From Verrucomicrobiota bacterium (GTDB taxonomy: Bacteria > Verrucomicrobiota > Verrucomicrobiia > CAIQCK01), in contig JACRJX010000025.1 of NCBI GenBank assembly GCA_016235595.1, positions 228,765 to 292,764 on the forward strand: a DNA stretch of 64,000 nt, read 5' to 3'. Under the pieces are notes generated by a model. The model did no database searches. It saw only the letters and a list, made by a program, of their open reading frames with translations, and was not told where the DNA came from. The translations under genes and the position numbers were made by a program. How positions within the stretch are numbered: position 1 is the first letter of the stretch; the number at the start of each line of letters is the position of its first letter. Shown piece after piece: positions 21,593 through 30,846 of the stretch.

Positions 21593-22284
21593 GACGGGTC
21601 GTCCGGCGCCGTCCGGAAGATCGCGGTGCCAATGCGCACCATCGTCGCGCCTTCCTCAATGGCAACCTCAAAATCGTTCGTCATGCCCATCGAAAGCGTC
21701 GGCAGCGGGATGCCATGCCGGACCTGAAGCTGGTCGCGCAGTTCACGCAACGCGCGAAATGTCGGCCTCGCCTCCTGCGGATCCTCGAAAAACGGCGCCA
21801 TCGTCATCAACCCCTGGATATCCAGACGGGGCAGCCTGTTCAGCTCGGCCAGCGCCTCCATAACCTCATCAGGTTTGAAGCCGAATTTCGTCGCTTCGCC
21901 GGACACGTTGCACTCCAATAGCACCGCCAACCTGCGGCTGGCATGCCCGGCGAACTTGTCCAGTTCGCGCGCCAGCCGAACGCTGTCCACCGATTGGATG
22001 GTGTGGAACAATTCAACCGCTTCACGGGCCTTGTTCGTCTGCAGGTGACCGATGAAGTGCCACTGTAGCTTGCCCGGCAACTCGGAAATCTTCGCCTTCG
22101 CTTCCTGAATACGGCTTTCGCCCAATACGGTCACGCCTTCGGCAATGGCCTCGTGCACAATCTCCGGCGGATGCGTCTTGCTCACGGCTACGAGTTGAAC
22201 ATCGGCGGCGCTCCGCCCCGCACGCGACGCGGCAGCCTGTATGCGGGCGCGGACGGCAGCGAGATTCTCAGCAATCGTTGGCAT
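21589..22284 (-). CDS. yggS: PLP homeostasis protein YggS
   Basis: VAVSKT, WHFIGHLQTNK, GLMTMAP, LSMGMTNDFEVAIEEGATMVRIG. Confidence 0.97.
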   Translation of the reverse strand: MPTIAENLAAVRARIQAAASRAGRSAADVQLVAVSKTHPPEIVHEAIAEGVTVLGESRIQEAKAKISELPGKLQWHFIGHLQTNKAREAVELFHTIQSVDSVRLARELDKFAGHASRRLAVLLECNVSGEATKFGFKPDEVMEALAELNRLPRLDIQGLMTMAPFFEDPQEARPTFRALRELRDQLQVRHGIPLPTLSMGMTNDFEVAIEEGATMVRIGTAIFRTAPDDPS

Positions 22285-22348
22285 TGAAACAATTAATCGA
22301 TGTGTTTAACGACGCGGACAACCTGTTTTGTGAAACGAACGGCGCCGA

Positions 22349-22765
22349 TCACTTTCCGAAGAACTCCATCACCGCATCGTCCATCTGCAGATTGAACACG
22401 CGCCACTTGTCTGCCGGACGGTAGAACACGATCCTCCATCGCACCGGCGCAACGTCCGAGCGTGTGAGGTAGGTCAGCCGGCAGAGATTTCTGCCGACAA
22501 ATTCAACGTTCGCCACATCATAACCACGGATGCTTCCGTAACTCTGGAGCATCTCCCGCGTGCGTTCCTCCAGCTTCGCCACGTCCTCCAGCTTGGCAGC
22601 AATCCGGCTGCCGTGCAGCAACACCGTGTAAGCCTCCGACACCTTGCCCTCGCGGAGCTGGCCAAAAAACGTCGAGCATGTCTGTATCAGCTCCGGCGGT
22701 GCTTCCTCCGAACCCGCAACCGCGGCGCACAACAAACAGATGACAAGAGACAGCGTGCGTTTCAT
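22349..22765 (-). CDS. Small secreted hypothetical protein
   Basis: MKRTLSLVICLLCAAVAG signal peptide; ATGA overlap with the upstream gene. Confidence 0.7.
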   Translation of the reverse strand: MKRTLSLVICLLCAAVAGSEEAPPELIQTCSTFFGQLREGKVSEAYTVLLHGSRIAAKLEDVAKLEERTREMLQSYGSIRGYDVANVEFVGRNLCRLTYLTRSDVAPVRWRIVFYRPADKWRVFNLQMDDAVMEFFGK

Positions 22766-23415
22766 TCGGCTTCCGCGGATTTGAACTTTCGGCTTCCATC
22801 CCCCTCCAGCAACGCCGCCAGGCACTTCTTGGCATCGCGCACGATCGGCTGGCCATGCGCAAACGTCATCATCTCGAAATCCAACTTCAACAGCTTCCTC
22901 AGCGATTCGCGTGATTGCTTCGGATCCTTCGAGTATTTGTCTGGCAGGAACTCCATCCCTTTTTCCGGATCAAGGTTTACCAACGCATCGCCGATGAACA
23001 CGATGCCACCGTTTTTCGGCGTGAAATACGCAGTCTCACTCGGACTGCTGCCAGGTATATGAATCGCCTTCAATCCCGCCGGCAGTTTGTCGCCCTCCTT
23101 GAAACACTCGTTGACATCCATCTCCAAATCCGGTTTGGCCGTCTCATGCGCCCAAACAGGAATACGCATGTTCTCGCGCAACGAAAGCGAGGCCCGCTCA
23201 TGGTTCGCATTGGTCAACAAGATGAATGCCCGGCTCGCATGCCCCACTAATCTGTTCATGGCGGCCATCGTCAGCGGCAGCGGATCAAAAAGCACAACTT
23301 CCGGGTCCGCTCGAAAAGCCGCTGATGAGAGCGTCGTCTTCAACTCGTCGGAGAATTGCTCCCAGTAGAATGTCTCTGGAGCGAATCGTTGAACTTCCGT
23401 CACAAACCGTTTCAT
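22762..23415 (-). CDS. Metallo-beta-lactamase-fold protein with degenerate metal motif
   Basis: LFDP, ILLTNANHER, VWAH, IGDAL, FAHG. Confidence 0.8.
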   Translation of the reverse strand: MKRFVTEVQRFAPETFYWEQFSDELKTTLSSAAFRADPEVVLFDPLPLTMAAMNRLVGHASRAFILLTNANHERASLSLRENMRIPVWAHETAKPDLEMDVNECFKEGDKLPAGLKAIHIPGSSPSETAYFTPKNGGIVFIGDALVNLDPEKGMEFLPDKYSKDPKQSRESLRKLLKLDFEMMTFAHGQPIVRDAKKCLAALLEGDGSRKFKSAEAE

Positions 23416-23659
23416 GGTCCCACCCTATGCTCTTTTTCGTGGTTATCGTTTTGTTTGGTTTACCGGAGGCCGGTGACCACCGATTTCACTGTCTCTGCTC
23501 AACAACCCGCGCCGGTATACAGAACATCCTGGCATCGCACGACTGTTCGCGCAGCCTCATCGAAGCCGCGCTCCATTCTTGAAACGGAAAGACCATTGCG
23601 CAAGGTGACAGCAAAGGCAAACGAAAAAGCGGCGCAACACCACAGCAGTGTTTCTTGTT

Positions 23660-24529
23660 TCACTCCACCGCATACCGTTTCTCGGTGTCGTATTTCTGCT
23701 GAAGACCAATGATGCGGTTGAACTCGTCGAACGTCAGCACGAGGTCGAGGTCCTTCCGGGTCGTCTCCTTGGTCTTCAAAATATGGTAAATCTCCGTCAC
23801 GGCCTTTGCGGCAGCGCAAAGCCCGGCCAACGGACAGACAATCATCTGGAAACCGAGTGCCTTGAGTTGCTTGCGGGTCAGTTGCGGAGTCACACCGCGC
23901 TCGATCATGTTCGCCACCAGCGGTCGTGGCAGCTCCCGGCCGATTTTGCGCAGCTCAGCCAGCGACAGCGGCGCTTCAACGAAGAGCGCGTCGGCGCCGG
24001 CTTTCTTGTAGAGCTTGCAGCGCTCGATGGCTGCGTCGAGTCCGAGCGGCTGCCGGGCGTCAGTGCGCGCCACGATGAACAAATCGCGCCCACTCTCTTC
24101 TGCAGCGTCGCGCGCGGCGCGGATTTTGTGCGCGTGCTCTTCGGCGGTAATCACCTTCTTGCCCCGCATGTGGCCACAACGTTTCGGCCAGACCTGGTCT
24201 TCCAGGAATACGCCCGCGGCGCCGGCGTCGAGCAGTTCGCATACCGTGCGCCGGACGTTCAAGGCGTTGCCGTAGCCGGTGTCGGCATCCACGATCACCG
24301 GCGCGTTCGAGTTCTTGCAAACACGCCGCGTGGCCTCAGTGATGTCTCCGAGTGACAACAGGCCAAAGTCCGGTTCGCCCAGCGCCGTGGCACTGACGGA
24401 GTAACCGCTGATGAAAATGATCTTGAACCCGGTCTGGTTGGCAATGCGCGCGCTGAGCGCGTCATAGACACCCGGCATGAGAACGGCATCGCGCTTGAGC
24501 GCCCGGCGAATGGTTTCGGCTTGAGTCAT
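23660..24529 (-). CDS. Isocitrate lyase/PEP mutase superfamily enzyme (PrpB-like lyase)
   Basis: DADTGYG, EDQVWPKRCGH, ARTDA, GADALFVE. Confidence 0.9.
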   Translation of the reverse strand: MTQAETIRRALKRDAVLMPGVYDALSARIANQTGFKIIFISGYSVSATALGEPDFGLLSLGDITEATRRVCKNSNAPVIVDADTGYGNALNVRRTVCELLDAGAAGVFLEDQVWPKRCGHMRGKKVITAEEHAHKIRAARDAAEESGRDLFIVARTDARQPLGLDAAIERCKLYKKAGADALFVEAPLSLAELRKIGRELPRPLVANMIERGVTPQLTRKQLKALGFQMIVCPLAGLCAAAKAVTEIYHILKTKETTRKDLDLVLTFDEFNRIIGLQQKYDTEKRYAVE

Positions 24530-24621
24530 TCTTCGATTATCCCCAAGGCCCGGAGATTTCACAGATATTTTTCATGTTTTAGATTTGCCTCCACAGTTTC
24601 TGCCGGTACCATTTTCCAACG

Positions 24622-27180
24622 ATGCGTCTGCTCCCGACAATTGCGTTCCTGCTCGCAGCAGAGCTGATTTGCGCCGCCCAAATGGCCAGCCCGCGCCCGG
24701 CGACGGTGATGTTCTCAAACTCAGGCTCGTTCGTCGTCAAGGTGAACCGCGAGCCCTGGCTCCGCGGCCAGGCTGGCGCGGCAACACCCGGCTGGAAGCA
24801 ATCGTTCGTCCAAACCGATTCAGGCACAAACGTCATCACGAAATGCGCCGACGACCGTTGGAGCTTTGCTGGCACGCTCGGTCCCAAGGAACCGCCCGAT
24901 GCAGCATGGTTTTCCTACAACCAAACCCTGTTGGCCATCGGCGACCTGCTCCAGATGTCCTGGAAGTTCCGCACGGCCCGCGCCATGGAACTCGAACTGC
25001 TCCACGTATCGCTCGCGTTGCCAGCCAGACGGTTCGCCGGAAAAACCATCCGTTTCGACAGCGTCAACCTAGTGCTGCCCGAACAGCCTGCTCCGGCCAC
25101 CCAGCGCCCCATCACTGGCCGGCCGCAACGCATCATCATTGACAGCGGCTCACTCGGCTCGATTGCGATCCGCTTCGACAGACCGCAGGTGGTCTGGGTC
25201 GAAGACCGCCGCCAAGTCGGCGGCGATGATTTCGAGTTGCGCGTGCTGCTCGCCACCGGCGTACTGAAAGCCGGCAGCGAATACGACCTCGCGCTACAGA
25301 TCGAACTTACCGAGCGGCCCGAGCTGCTCGTCGGCGGCAACGGGCGTGAATTCGTTAACGACACCCGGAAATGGACGCGGTTTGATTTGCAAGACGCCCC
25401 CAAGCCTCCACCCCCGGTCGAGGCGGAGAAGCGCGCGCCCACCGACGCTTCCGGCCTGCTGCAAGCGCCGGCGGGGAAATTCGGCACTCTTCAAACCAAG
25501 GGCGGACACTTCGTCTGGCCCAACGGCGCGCGCCAGAGGTTTTGGGGCGTCCACCTCTCAACCGCATCTGCGCCGGCGCAGGAGAATGCGGAAGTCGTGG
25601 CCGCGCGCATCGCCCAGTTTGGCATCAATCTCATCCGCTGGACCGTCAGCAGTTTCAAGCCTGACGCCGCGGAAGTTGACCGGTTTGACCGCCTCGTTGC
25701 CGAACTGGCACGTCGCGGCGTCTACTCACACCTCACCCTGCCCACACCCCGCCCCAGCAATCCCGCCGTCGTGGCGCCACTGGCCGGATTTGTGGAGCGT
25801 TCCGCGGACAATTGGCTGCTCCATAAGAACCGGCATACCGGCAAACGCTGGGTGGACGATCCCTCGCTAGCCTTGGTCCAAATCTCCAGCAACAGCCCGA
25901 TGTTCGAACAATCGCAGCCAGCCACAACGGCCGATCACAATCCCTCGGTTGAGTTTTACAGCCGCACCTACAAATACCTCCGCATGATCGGCGTGAAGTG
26001 CCCCATCATCACAGACGACTCCCCGCCGGCAACAACCAACCTGACCGCGCTCATCAGCGCGGGCGACGCCGTCGGCATCGGCGGCGCGTGGGATCCGTTG
26101 CGACCGGATGGATTCATCGAGAACAAGGCGTTGGCATCGAGCGATGGCGGTTACCTCCGCCAGTTTGCCAGCGCGTCTGTCGCCCACAAGCCGCTGCTCA
26201 TCACCCATGTTTCACACCCGCAAGCCAACGAATATCGCGCCGAAGCTCCGCTGCTGCTGGCTGCCCACGCCGCTCTCCAGGACTGGGACGGCATCATCTG
26301 GGACAACTACACGAACGATCCCGCCGTCATCGGCCAGTTCCCGGTTGCCGCGCGTATCTTTCTCGGTGAGCTTGCGTCACCGTCACGGCTGAGCACGTGC
26401 GTGTTGCGAAACGATGCCGCCAGCGTGCGATTGCCGGCGTGGCTCACTTTCACCAGCCGCTGGCGCAACGCCCTGCCCAACGTCGCCGCACCGACACCGG
26501 ACATTGTCATTGCTGCCGATGGCAAAGAGACGCCGAAGGACGCGCCCGTCAAGAAGCCCATCCGCCTCGTGCAGAAAGCCGGCGACGACCCCTTCGCGCT
26601 CCAGCGCCACTGGGTGGGTGCCGCCCGCAAACTCCGGGTGCCACTTGGCTGGGAGGAAGGCCCCCAACGCGAGTTCGCCAGCGACAACGGCCAACTCGCG
26701 TGGGATCAGGACCACGGACAGTTCACCTTGCTCGCGCCTGCCTGTCGTGCAGCCGCCGGCTTCATCGGCGGCAAGACTTTGAACCTCGCAGACGTGACCT
26801 TCGACCTCGGCACACCGAGTTTTGCTGTTGTCTCCCTGACCGCACTCGACGGCAGCCAGATCAACGAATCACGCCAGCTCCTATTGACAACGGTCGCGCG
26901 ATGCGAAAACACGGAGCAACGGTGGTTTGAAAACCTGGCCGGTCACTTGAAGATGCTCAGTGCGAAACCCGGTGCGCAACTCGAACCAGTCCGCGCCACG
27001 ATCACCTTGCACCGCGCCCGGGCGTTCAAGGTGTTCCCGCTCAACCCCGCCGGCCAACGCGGCCCGGAGATGCCAGCTAGTCGCATCCCCGACGGCTTCA
27101 CATTTATCGTCAACGGCGAGAGCATGTTCTATGAACTGGTGTCAGAAGGCGGCCTGCGCCTCTGGCCGTTTAAGAAGTGA
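24622..27180 (+). CDS. Secreted clan GH-A (GH5-like) fold protein, catalytic glutamates apparently absent
   Basis: Signal peptide; APAGKFG, RFWGV, FGINLIR, HKNRHTG...DDPSLA, HPQANEYRAE, LQDWDG. Confidence 0.7.
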   Translation: MRLLPTIAFLLAAELICAAQMASPRPATVMFSNSGSFVVKVNREPWLRGQAGAATPGWKQSFVQTDSGTNVITKCADDRWSFAGTLGPKEPPDAAWFSYNQTLLAIGDLLQMSWKFRTARAMELELLHVSLALPARRFAGKTIRFDSVNLVLPEQPAPATQRPITGRPQRIIIDSGSLGSIAIRFDRPQVVWVEDRRQVGGDDFELRVLLATGVLKAGSEYDLALQIELTERPELLVGGNGREFVNDTRKWTRFDLQDAPKPPPPVEAEKRAPTDASGLLQAPAGKFGTLQTKGGHFVWPNGARQRFWGVHLSTASAPAQENAEVVAARIAQFGINLIRWTVSSFKPDAAEVDRFDRLVAELARRGVYSHLTLPTPRPSNPAVVAPLAGFVERSADNWLLHKNRHTGKRWVDDPSLALVQISSNSPMFEQSQPATTADHNPSVEFYSRTYKYLRMIGVKCPIITDDSPPATTNLTALISAGDAVGIGGAWDPLRPDGFIENKALASSDGGYLRQFASASVAHKPLLITHVSHPQANEYRAEAPLLLAAHAALQDWDGIIWDNYTNDPAVIGQFPVAARIFLGELASPSRLSTCVLRNDAASVRLPAWLTFTSRWRNALPNVAAPTPDIVIAADGKETPKDAPVKKPIRLVQKAGDDPFALQRHWVGAARKLRVPLGWEEGPQREFASDNGQLAWDQDHGQFTLLAPACRAAAGFIGGKTLNLADVTFDLGTPSFAVVSLTALDGSQINESRQLLLTTVARCENTEQRWFENLAGHLKMLSAKPGAQLEPVRATITLHRARAFKVFPLNPAGQRGPEMPASRIPDGFTFIVNGESMFYELVSEGGLRLWPFKK

Positions 27181-27239
27181 CGCCGGGGCCTCGCCAGCCC
27201 GATTTATGGCTTTGGGGGCCGTGTTTGTTGGTTTTCGCG

Positions 27240-27267
27240 TTGACCTCGGCCCAACACTGAATATAGT
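27240..27267 (+). promoter_or_regulatory. Sigma70-type promoter of tRNA-Asn
   Basis: TTGACC-16 nt-TATAGT, ending 19 nt before the tRNA. Confidence 0.6.
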
Positions 27268-27286
27268 CAGCCGCAGTTCTACGGGT

Positions 27287-27361
27287 TCCGGAGTAGCTCA
27301 GCGGTAGAGCGACCGGCTGTTAACCGGTTGGTCGTAGGTTCGATCCCTACCTCCGGAGCCA
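27287..27361 (+). tRNA. tRNA-Asn (GUU)
   Basis: TCCGGAG/CTCCGGA acceptor stem, GCTCAGCGGTAGAGC D-arm, ACCGG-CTGTTAA-CCGGT anticodon arm, GTTCGAT T-loop, encoded CCA. Confidence 0.98.
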
Positions 27362-27487
27362 TCTTTTTTCACAGAAATCCACACGTTTGGTTTTTGCGTG
27401 ACCCTTCAGCGTTCGTTCAGGACCGGTGTCCATCCCCATTTATGGCCTGCGAGACGGTCGTTCTTGTGTTTCCTGCCACCCGAATCA

Positions 27488-27620
27488 GATGTCGTGGCGG
27501 AAGAGGAGCGACAGTTGAGCGTGGTGGTGGAGTTGGAAGCGGTGGTGTCCGCCAACCTCCAGCGCGCCACCCGTCTGCGCCAGCCGATCTTGCAGAGGCG
27601 TCCAGCGGGCAATTTGTTGC
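27488..27620 (+). pseudogene. hsdS: 3-prime remnant of type I restriction-modification specificity subunit
   Basis: VVAEEERQLSVVVELEAVVSANLQRATRLRQPILQ, then ASSGQF after a 1-nt shift; matches the HsdS terminal helix IVAEVERRLS...LRQSILQKAFSGEL. Confidence 0.75.
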
Positions 27621-27629
27621 CCAGTGCGG

Positions 27630-27663
27630 TTGACTTTCGGCCATGTAAAACATAGTATTACAT
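27630..27663 (+). promoter_or_regulatory. TA promoter with overlapping palindromic operator
   Basis: TTGACT-17-TAGTAT, 6 nt before ATG; ATGTAA-N9-TTACAT inverted repeat (27643-27663) over the -10. Confidence 0.75.
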
Positions 27664-27664
27664 C

Positions 27665-27892
27665 ATGATCAAGACGATTACCAAAGTCGGCAACTCGCAG
27701 GGCCTCATCTTTGACGCGGCGCTGCTGGAGCTGGCGCACCTGAAGGCCGGCGACGACGTGAATGTGGAGGTGCATGAGGGCGGCACTCTCACGCTCACGC
27801 CCATCCGCCCACGTCCGTCACGCGCCGAGGTGTCGAAGGTGATCAAGTCCGCGATGAAGGATTACGCGCGGACGATGAAGAAGCTGGCATGA
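27665..27892 (+). CDS. AbrB/MazE-type antitoxin
   Basis: ITKVGNSQGLIF...LKAGDDVNVEV swapped hairpin; ATGA overlap with the toxin. Confidence 0.92.
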   Translation: MIKTITKVGNSQGLIFDAALLELAHLKAGDDVNVEVHEGGTLTLTPIRPRPSRAEVSKVIKSAMKDYARTMKKLA

Positions 27893-28296
27893 GCGCCACG
27901 CCGAATAACTGCTTCCACCTCACCGTGGAGATCGTGCGGGAGATTCACGCCGAGGCCATCGCGAGGTTCGGCGGCTCGGACGGCGTGCAGGAGATGGCGC
28001 TGCTGGAGGCGGCCGTGGCAGCGCCGCAAGCGACATTTGGCGGACAGTCGCCCTACAAGGACCTGGCCGAAGTGGCCGCGGCGTATCTGTTCTACATGTG
28101 CCGGAATCATCCGTTCATTGACGGTAACAAGCGGGCGGCACTCGGTGCGTGCATCGTGTTTCTGCGGCTCAACGGAATCGAGCCGAAGAGCGACGGGCCG
28201 GAGTGGGAAGAACTCACGATGGCGGTCGCCGCCAGTGCGATTGACCGCGACGAGGCCAGCGAACGGCTCAGGAAACTGTTGTCCAAGCGCACATAG
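27889..28296 (+). CDS. doc: Death-on-curing (Doc/Fic) toxin
   Basis: HPFIDGNKR Doc-type motif; IHAEAIARFGGSDGV. Confidence 0.93.
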   Translation: MSATPNNCFHLTVEIVREIHAEAIARFGGSDGVQEMALLEAAVAAPQATFGGQSPYKDLAEVAAAYLFYMCRNHPFIDGNKRAALGACIVFLRLNGIEPKSDGPEWEELTMAVAASAIDRDEASERLRKLLSKRT

Positions 28297-28364
28297 GCAC
28301 ACCCTCCGCCCTCGCTCAGAAACTCTGGAACTACTGCAACATCCTGCGGGATGACAGGCTGTTC
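28293..28364 (+). pseudogene. hsdM: 5-prime remnant of type I restriction-modification methyltransferase
   Basis: TPSALAQKLWNYCNILRDD(R)L matches the HsdM N-terminus LVQKLWNYCNILRDDGL; no start codon and similarity stops abruptly. Confidence 0.75.
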
Positions 28365-28408
28365 AGTGGCTTGGCGGTTGACGCCGCTCCCCTGCCGAAT
28401 GTGACGCG

Positions 28409-30619
28409 TTACCGCCATCGAAGCGCCATCAGCAGATTCGAGAAATCGTCTGTCCAGAGAATGCCGCCCGCTGCCGGCAAGGGTTGCCATTTTGGATACC
28501 GTTGGAACTGCTGCCTCAGATCAGAACGCCGCGAGAGCACGATCCATTCGCTGACTTCCTTGCCGTCCCGCCGGTCCTCGTCGCTGATCGCAAAGTCCTG
28601 CCAGTCGTAACCCGTCAGTCCGGCATCAATCGCCAGGGTTGCCACAATCGGTTTCAAATCCAAACGCCGGTTTGAGACGTGAAACGCAAGAATGCCGCCG
28701 TCGGCCAGTTTTGCGCAATACAGCCGCAGCGCTTCCCGCGTCAGCAAGTGAATCGGAATCGAGTCCGAGCTGAACGCATCCAGCACAAACATCCCGTAAT
28801 GCTTGTCAGGCGCGCTTTGCAGCTTCAACCGGGCGTCGCCCAGAACCACGCGCAGTTGCGACGCGGGACACTTGCTCATGAATGTGAAGAAGCGCGGGTC
28901 GCGCGCGATCCGTTCCACGGCGGGATCGATCTCGTAGAAGTCCCACGACTGTCCTGGTTGCGCGTAGGCTGCCAGAGCCCCTGCTCCCAATCCGATCACG
29001 CCGACGCGCGGCGGGAGCGAGTGCGCCACCGAATTGAAAAGAGCGAATGCTTGTCCAGCCGGACCGTGTCGATGGTAATACAACAGCGGCTCGCCTGCGT
29101 GCGCGGGATCAAGATGCTGCCGGCCGTGCAACGTATTGCCATGAACAAGCTGGCGAAAACGTCCAGTGCCGTCCTCCGTCACACGCAGCACGCCGAAGAA
29201 ATTCCGTCCGGCTGACAGCACCCGGCTATATGTGCCAGCGTAGCCAACGCTGGCCATCAACACTGCCGCCAGGCACAAGCTGAAGCGGATCGGCCGCAAA
29301 ACGAACCGATACGTCACCAGCGCCGGCACAGCGAAGATTGCCAGCGTGCTCAGCCGCCCCGGCCCGGCGCCCATGGTCTGCACAGCCAGAATCAATGCCA
29401 AAGTCACCAATCCCAACCCCGCGGGCCAGATCAAATCCCAACGGTTGAACCCGCGTTGCTCGCCCACTCGCGGTGCCACTGCACATGCCAGCAACATCAC
29501 CAGGGGATATTCCAGCACCGAGTTGAAGATCATCGGCGCCAGTAGCGCGTTGAACATGCCACCCAGCACGCCGCCCACCGACATCCAGAGGTAGAACTCC
29601 GTCAAATGCCGGCTGGCGGGACGGTCCTTGGCCAGTTCGCTGTGACAAATGAACGCCGCTGCCACAAACATCAGCAAATGCAGCACAACGAACACCACCG
29701 GCGGATGTGTTGCCTCGATGATGAATGACACTGTCAGCACCAGCGCCGGCAGGCACAATACGCGTCCCATCCACGGCGATGCATACACAGGCCGGGGAGC
29801 AAACACCAAGATGAACGTAGCCAAATACAGCGCCAGTGGCACCACCCAGAACAACGGAAACGGCGCGACATCTGTTGTCAGGTAGGTCGTCACGCCCACC
29901 ATCAAGCTTGACGGCACAAACGCAAGCACCACCCACCGTGCCCGCCGTCCCGGCGTCACCGGCCGGGCGTTGCGTTCTTCCGACTGCTCTGGTTTCAGCT
30001 CGGAGATTTCAGGTTCCTTTCCCGGGAAACGCCACAACGCCCATGCGCAAGCCGCCGTCAGCGCCAGCAACACCGCGTAGCCCGCCGTCCAGAACCGGCT
30101 CTGCGCCCAGAGCGGCAGGTTCGGTTCCACCAGAACGACGTAGCCGAACAGTCCCGCCATGCTGCCGGCGTTGCTGGCCGCGTAGAGGAAATAGGCATCG
30201 TGCGCCTGCCGATGCCCCGTCTGGCTGAACCACTTCTGCAGCAACGGCGCCGTCGTGCAAACCGCCAGCAGTGGCAAGCCGACCGTCGCCCCCAGCAACT
30301 GCAACAGCCACGGAATCGGATTGCCCGCGCTCGGCAGCGACGCGACCGCGCCGTCGGAAATGCGGACGGGCAGCACGAGCAGCGGCAGCGCCATCAGTCC
30401 CAAGTGCAGCAGGGATTGGCGGCGCAGCCCGAGCCATTGTGTGGAGAAGTGGGCGTAGGAGTAACCGATCAACAGCACCGTCTGATAAAACACCAGGCAG
30501 GTGTTCCAAACCGCCGGCGTCCCGCCCAGCAACGGCAGAATCATCTTGCCGACCATCGGTTCCACCAGGAACAGCAACGTGGCACTGAAAAATAGAGTTG
30601 CCGAAAACAAATAGATCAT
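28409..30619 (-). CDS. Multi-TM membrane protein fused to a spermidine-synthase-like SAM domain
   Basis: LLFLVEPMVGKMILPLLGG, RNFFGVLRV, VIGLGAG, YEIDPAV, GDAR, LDAFSSD, WTDDFSNL. Confidence 0.88.
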   Translation of the reverse strand: MIYLFSATLFFSATLLFLVEPMVGKMILPLLGGTPAVWNTCLVFYQTVLLIGYSYAHFSTQWLGLRRQSLLHLGLMALPLLVLPVRISDGAVASLPSAGNPIPWLLQLLGATVGLPLLAVCTTAPLLQKWFSQTGHRQAHDAYFLYAASNAGSMAGLFGYVVLVEPNLPLWAQSRFWTAGYAVLLALTAACAWALWRFPGKEPEISELKPEQSEERNARPVTPGRRARWVVLAFVPSSLMVGVTTYLTTDVAPFPLFWVVPLALYLATFILVFAPRPVYASPWMGRVLCLPALVLTVSFIIEATHPPVVFVVLHLLMFVAAAFICHSELAKDRPASRHLTEFYLWMSVGGVLGGMFNALLAPMIFNSVLEYPLVMLLACAVAPRVGEQRGFNRWDLIWPAGLGLVTLALILAVQTMGAGPGRLSTLAIFAVPALVTYRFVLRPIRFSLCLAAVLMASVGYAGTYSRVLSAGRNFFGVLRVTEDGTGRFRQLVHGNTLHGRQHLDPAHAGEPLLYYHRHGPAGQAFALFNSVAHSLPPRVGVIGLGAGALAAYAQPGQSWDFYEIDPAVERIARDPRFFTFMSKCPASQLRVVLGDARLKLQSAPDKHYGMFVLDAFSSDSIPIHLLTREALRLYCAKLADGGILAFHVSNRRLDLKPIVATLAIDAGLTGYDWQDFAISDEDRRDGKEVSEWIVLSRRSDLRQQFQRYPKWQPLPAAGGILWTDDFSNLLMALRWR

Positions 30620-30846
30620 ACCGACCTCTTGCCAACACGCACCCGACCACCGATGCTTGCACGGAGTCGCGGTGCCTATCAAGCGTCGAGAGCAAACCGC
30701 GCACCTTGCGGCGCCGGGCCGCGAACTGGCGATCAAGCCGTCCATCGTGGCATACGGAGTTGCCTGCGTCCCACGATTGACAGAACCCCTCGCGTACCTG
30801 ACATTCACGTCGAACAGTACCCTTGAGATTTCATGAGGAGGCGGCG

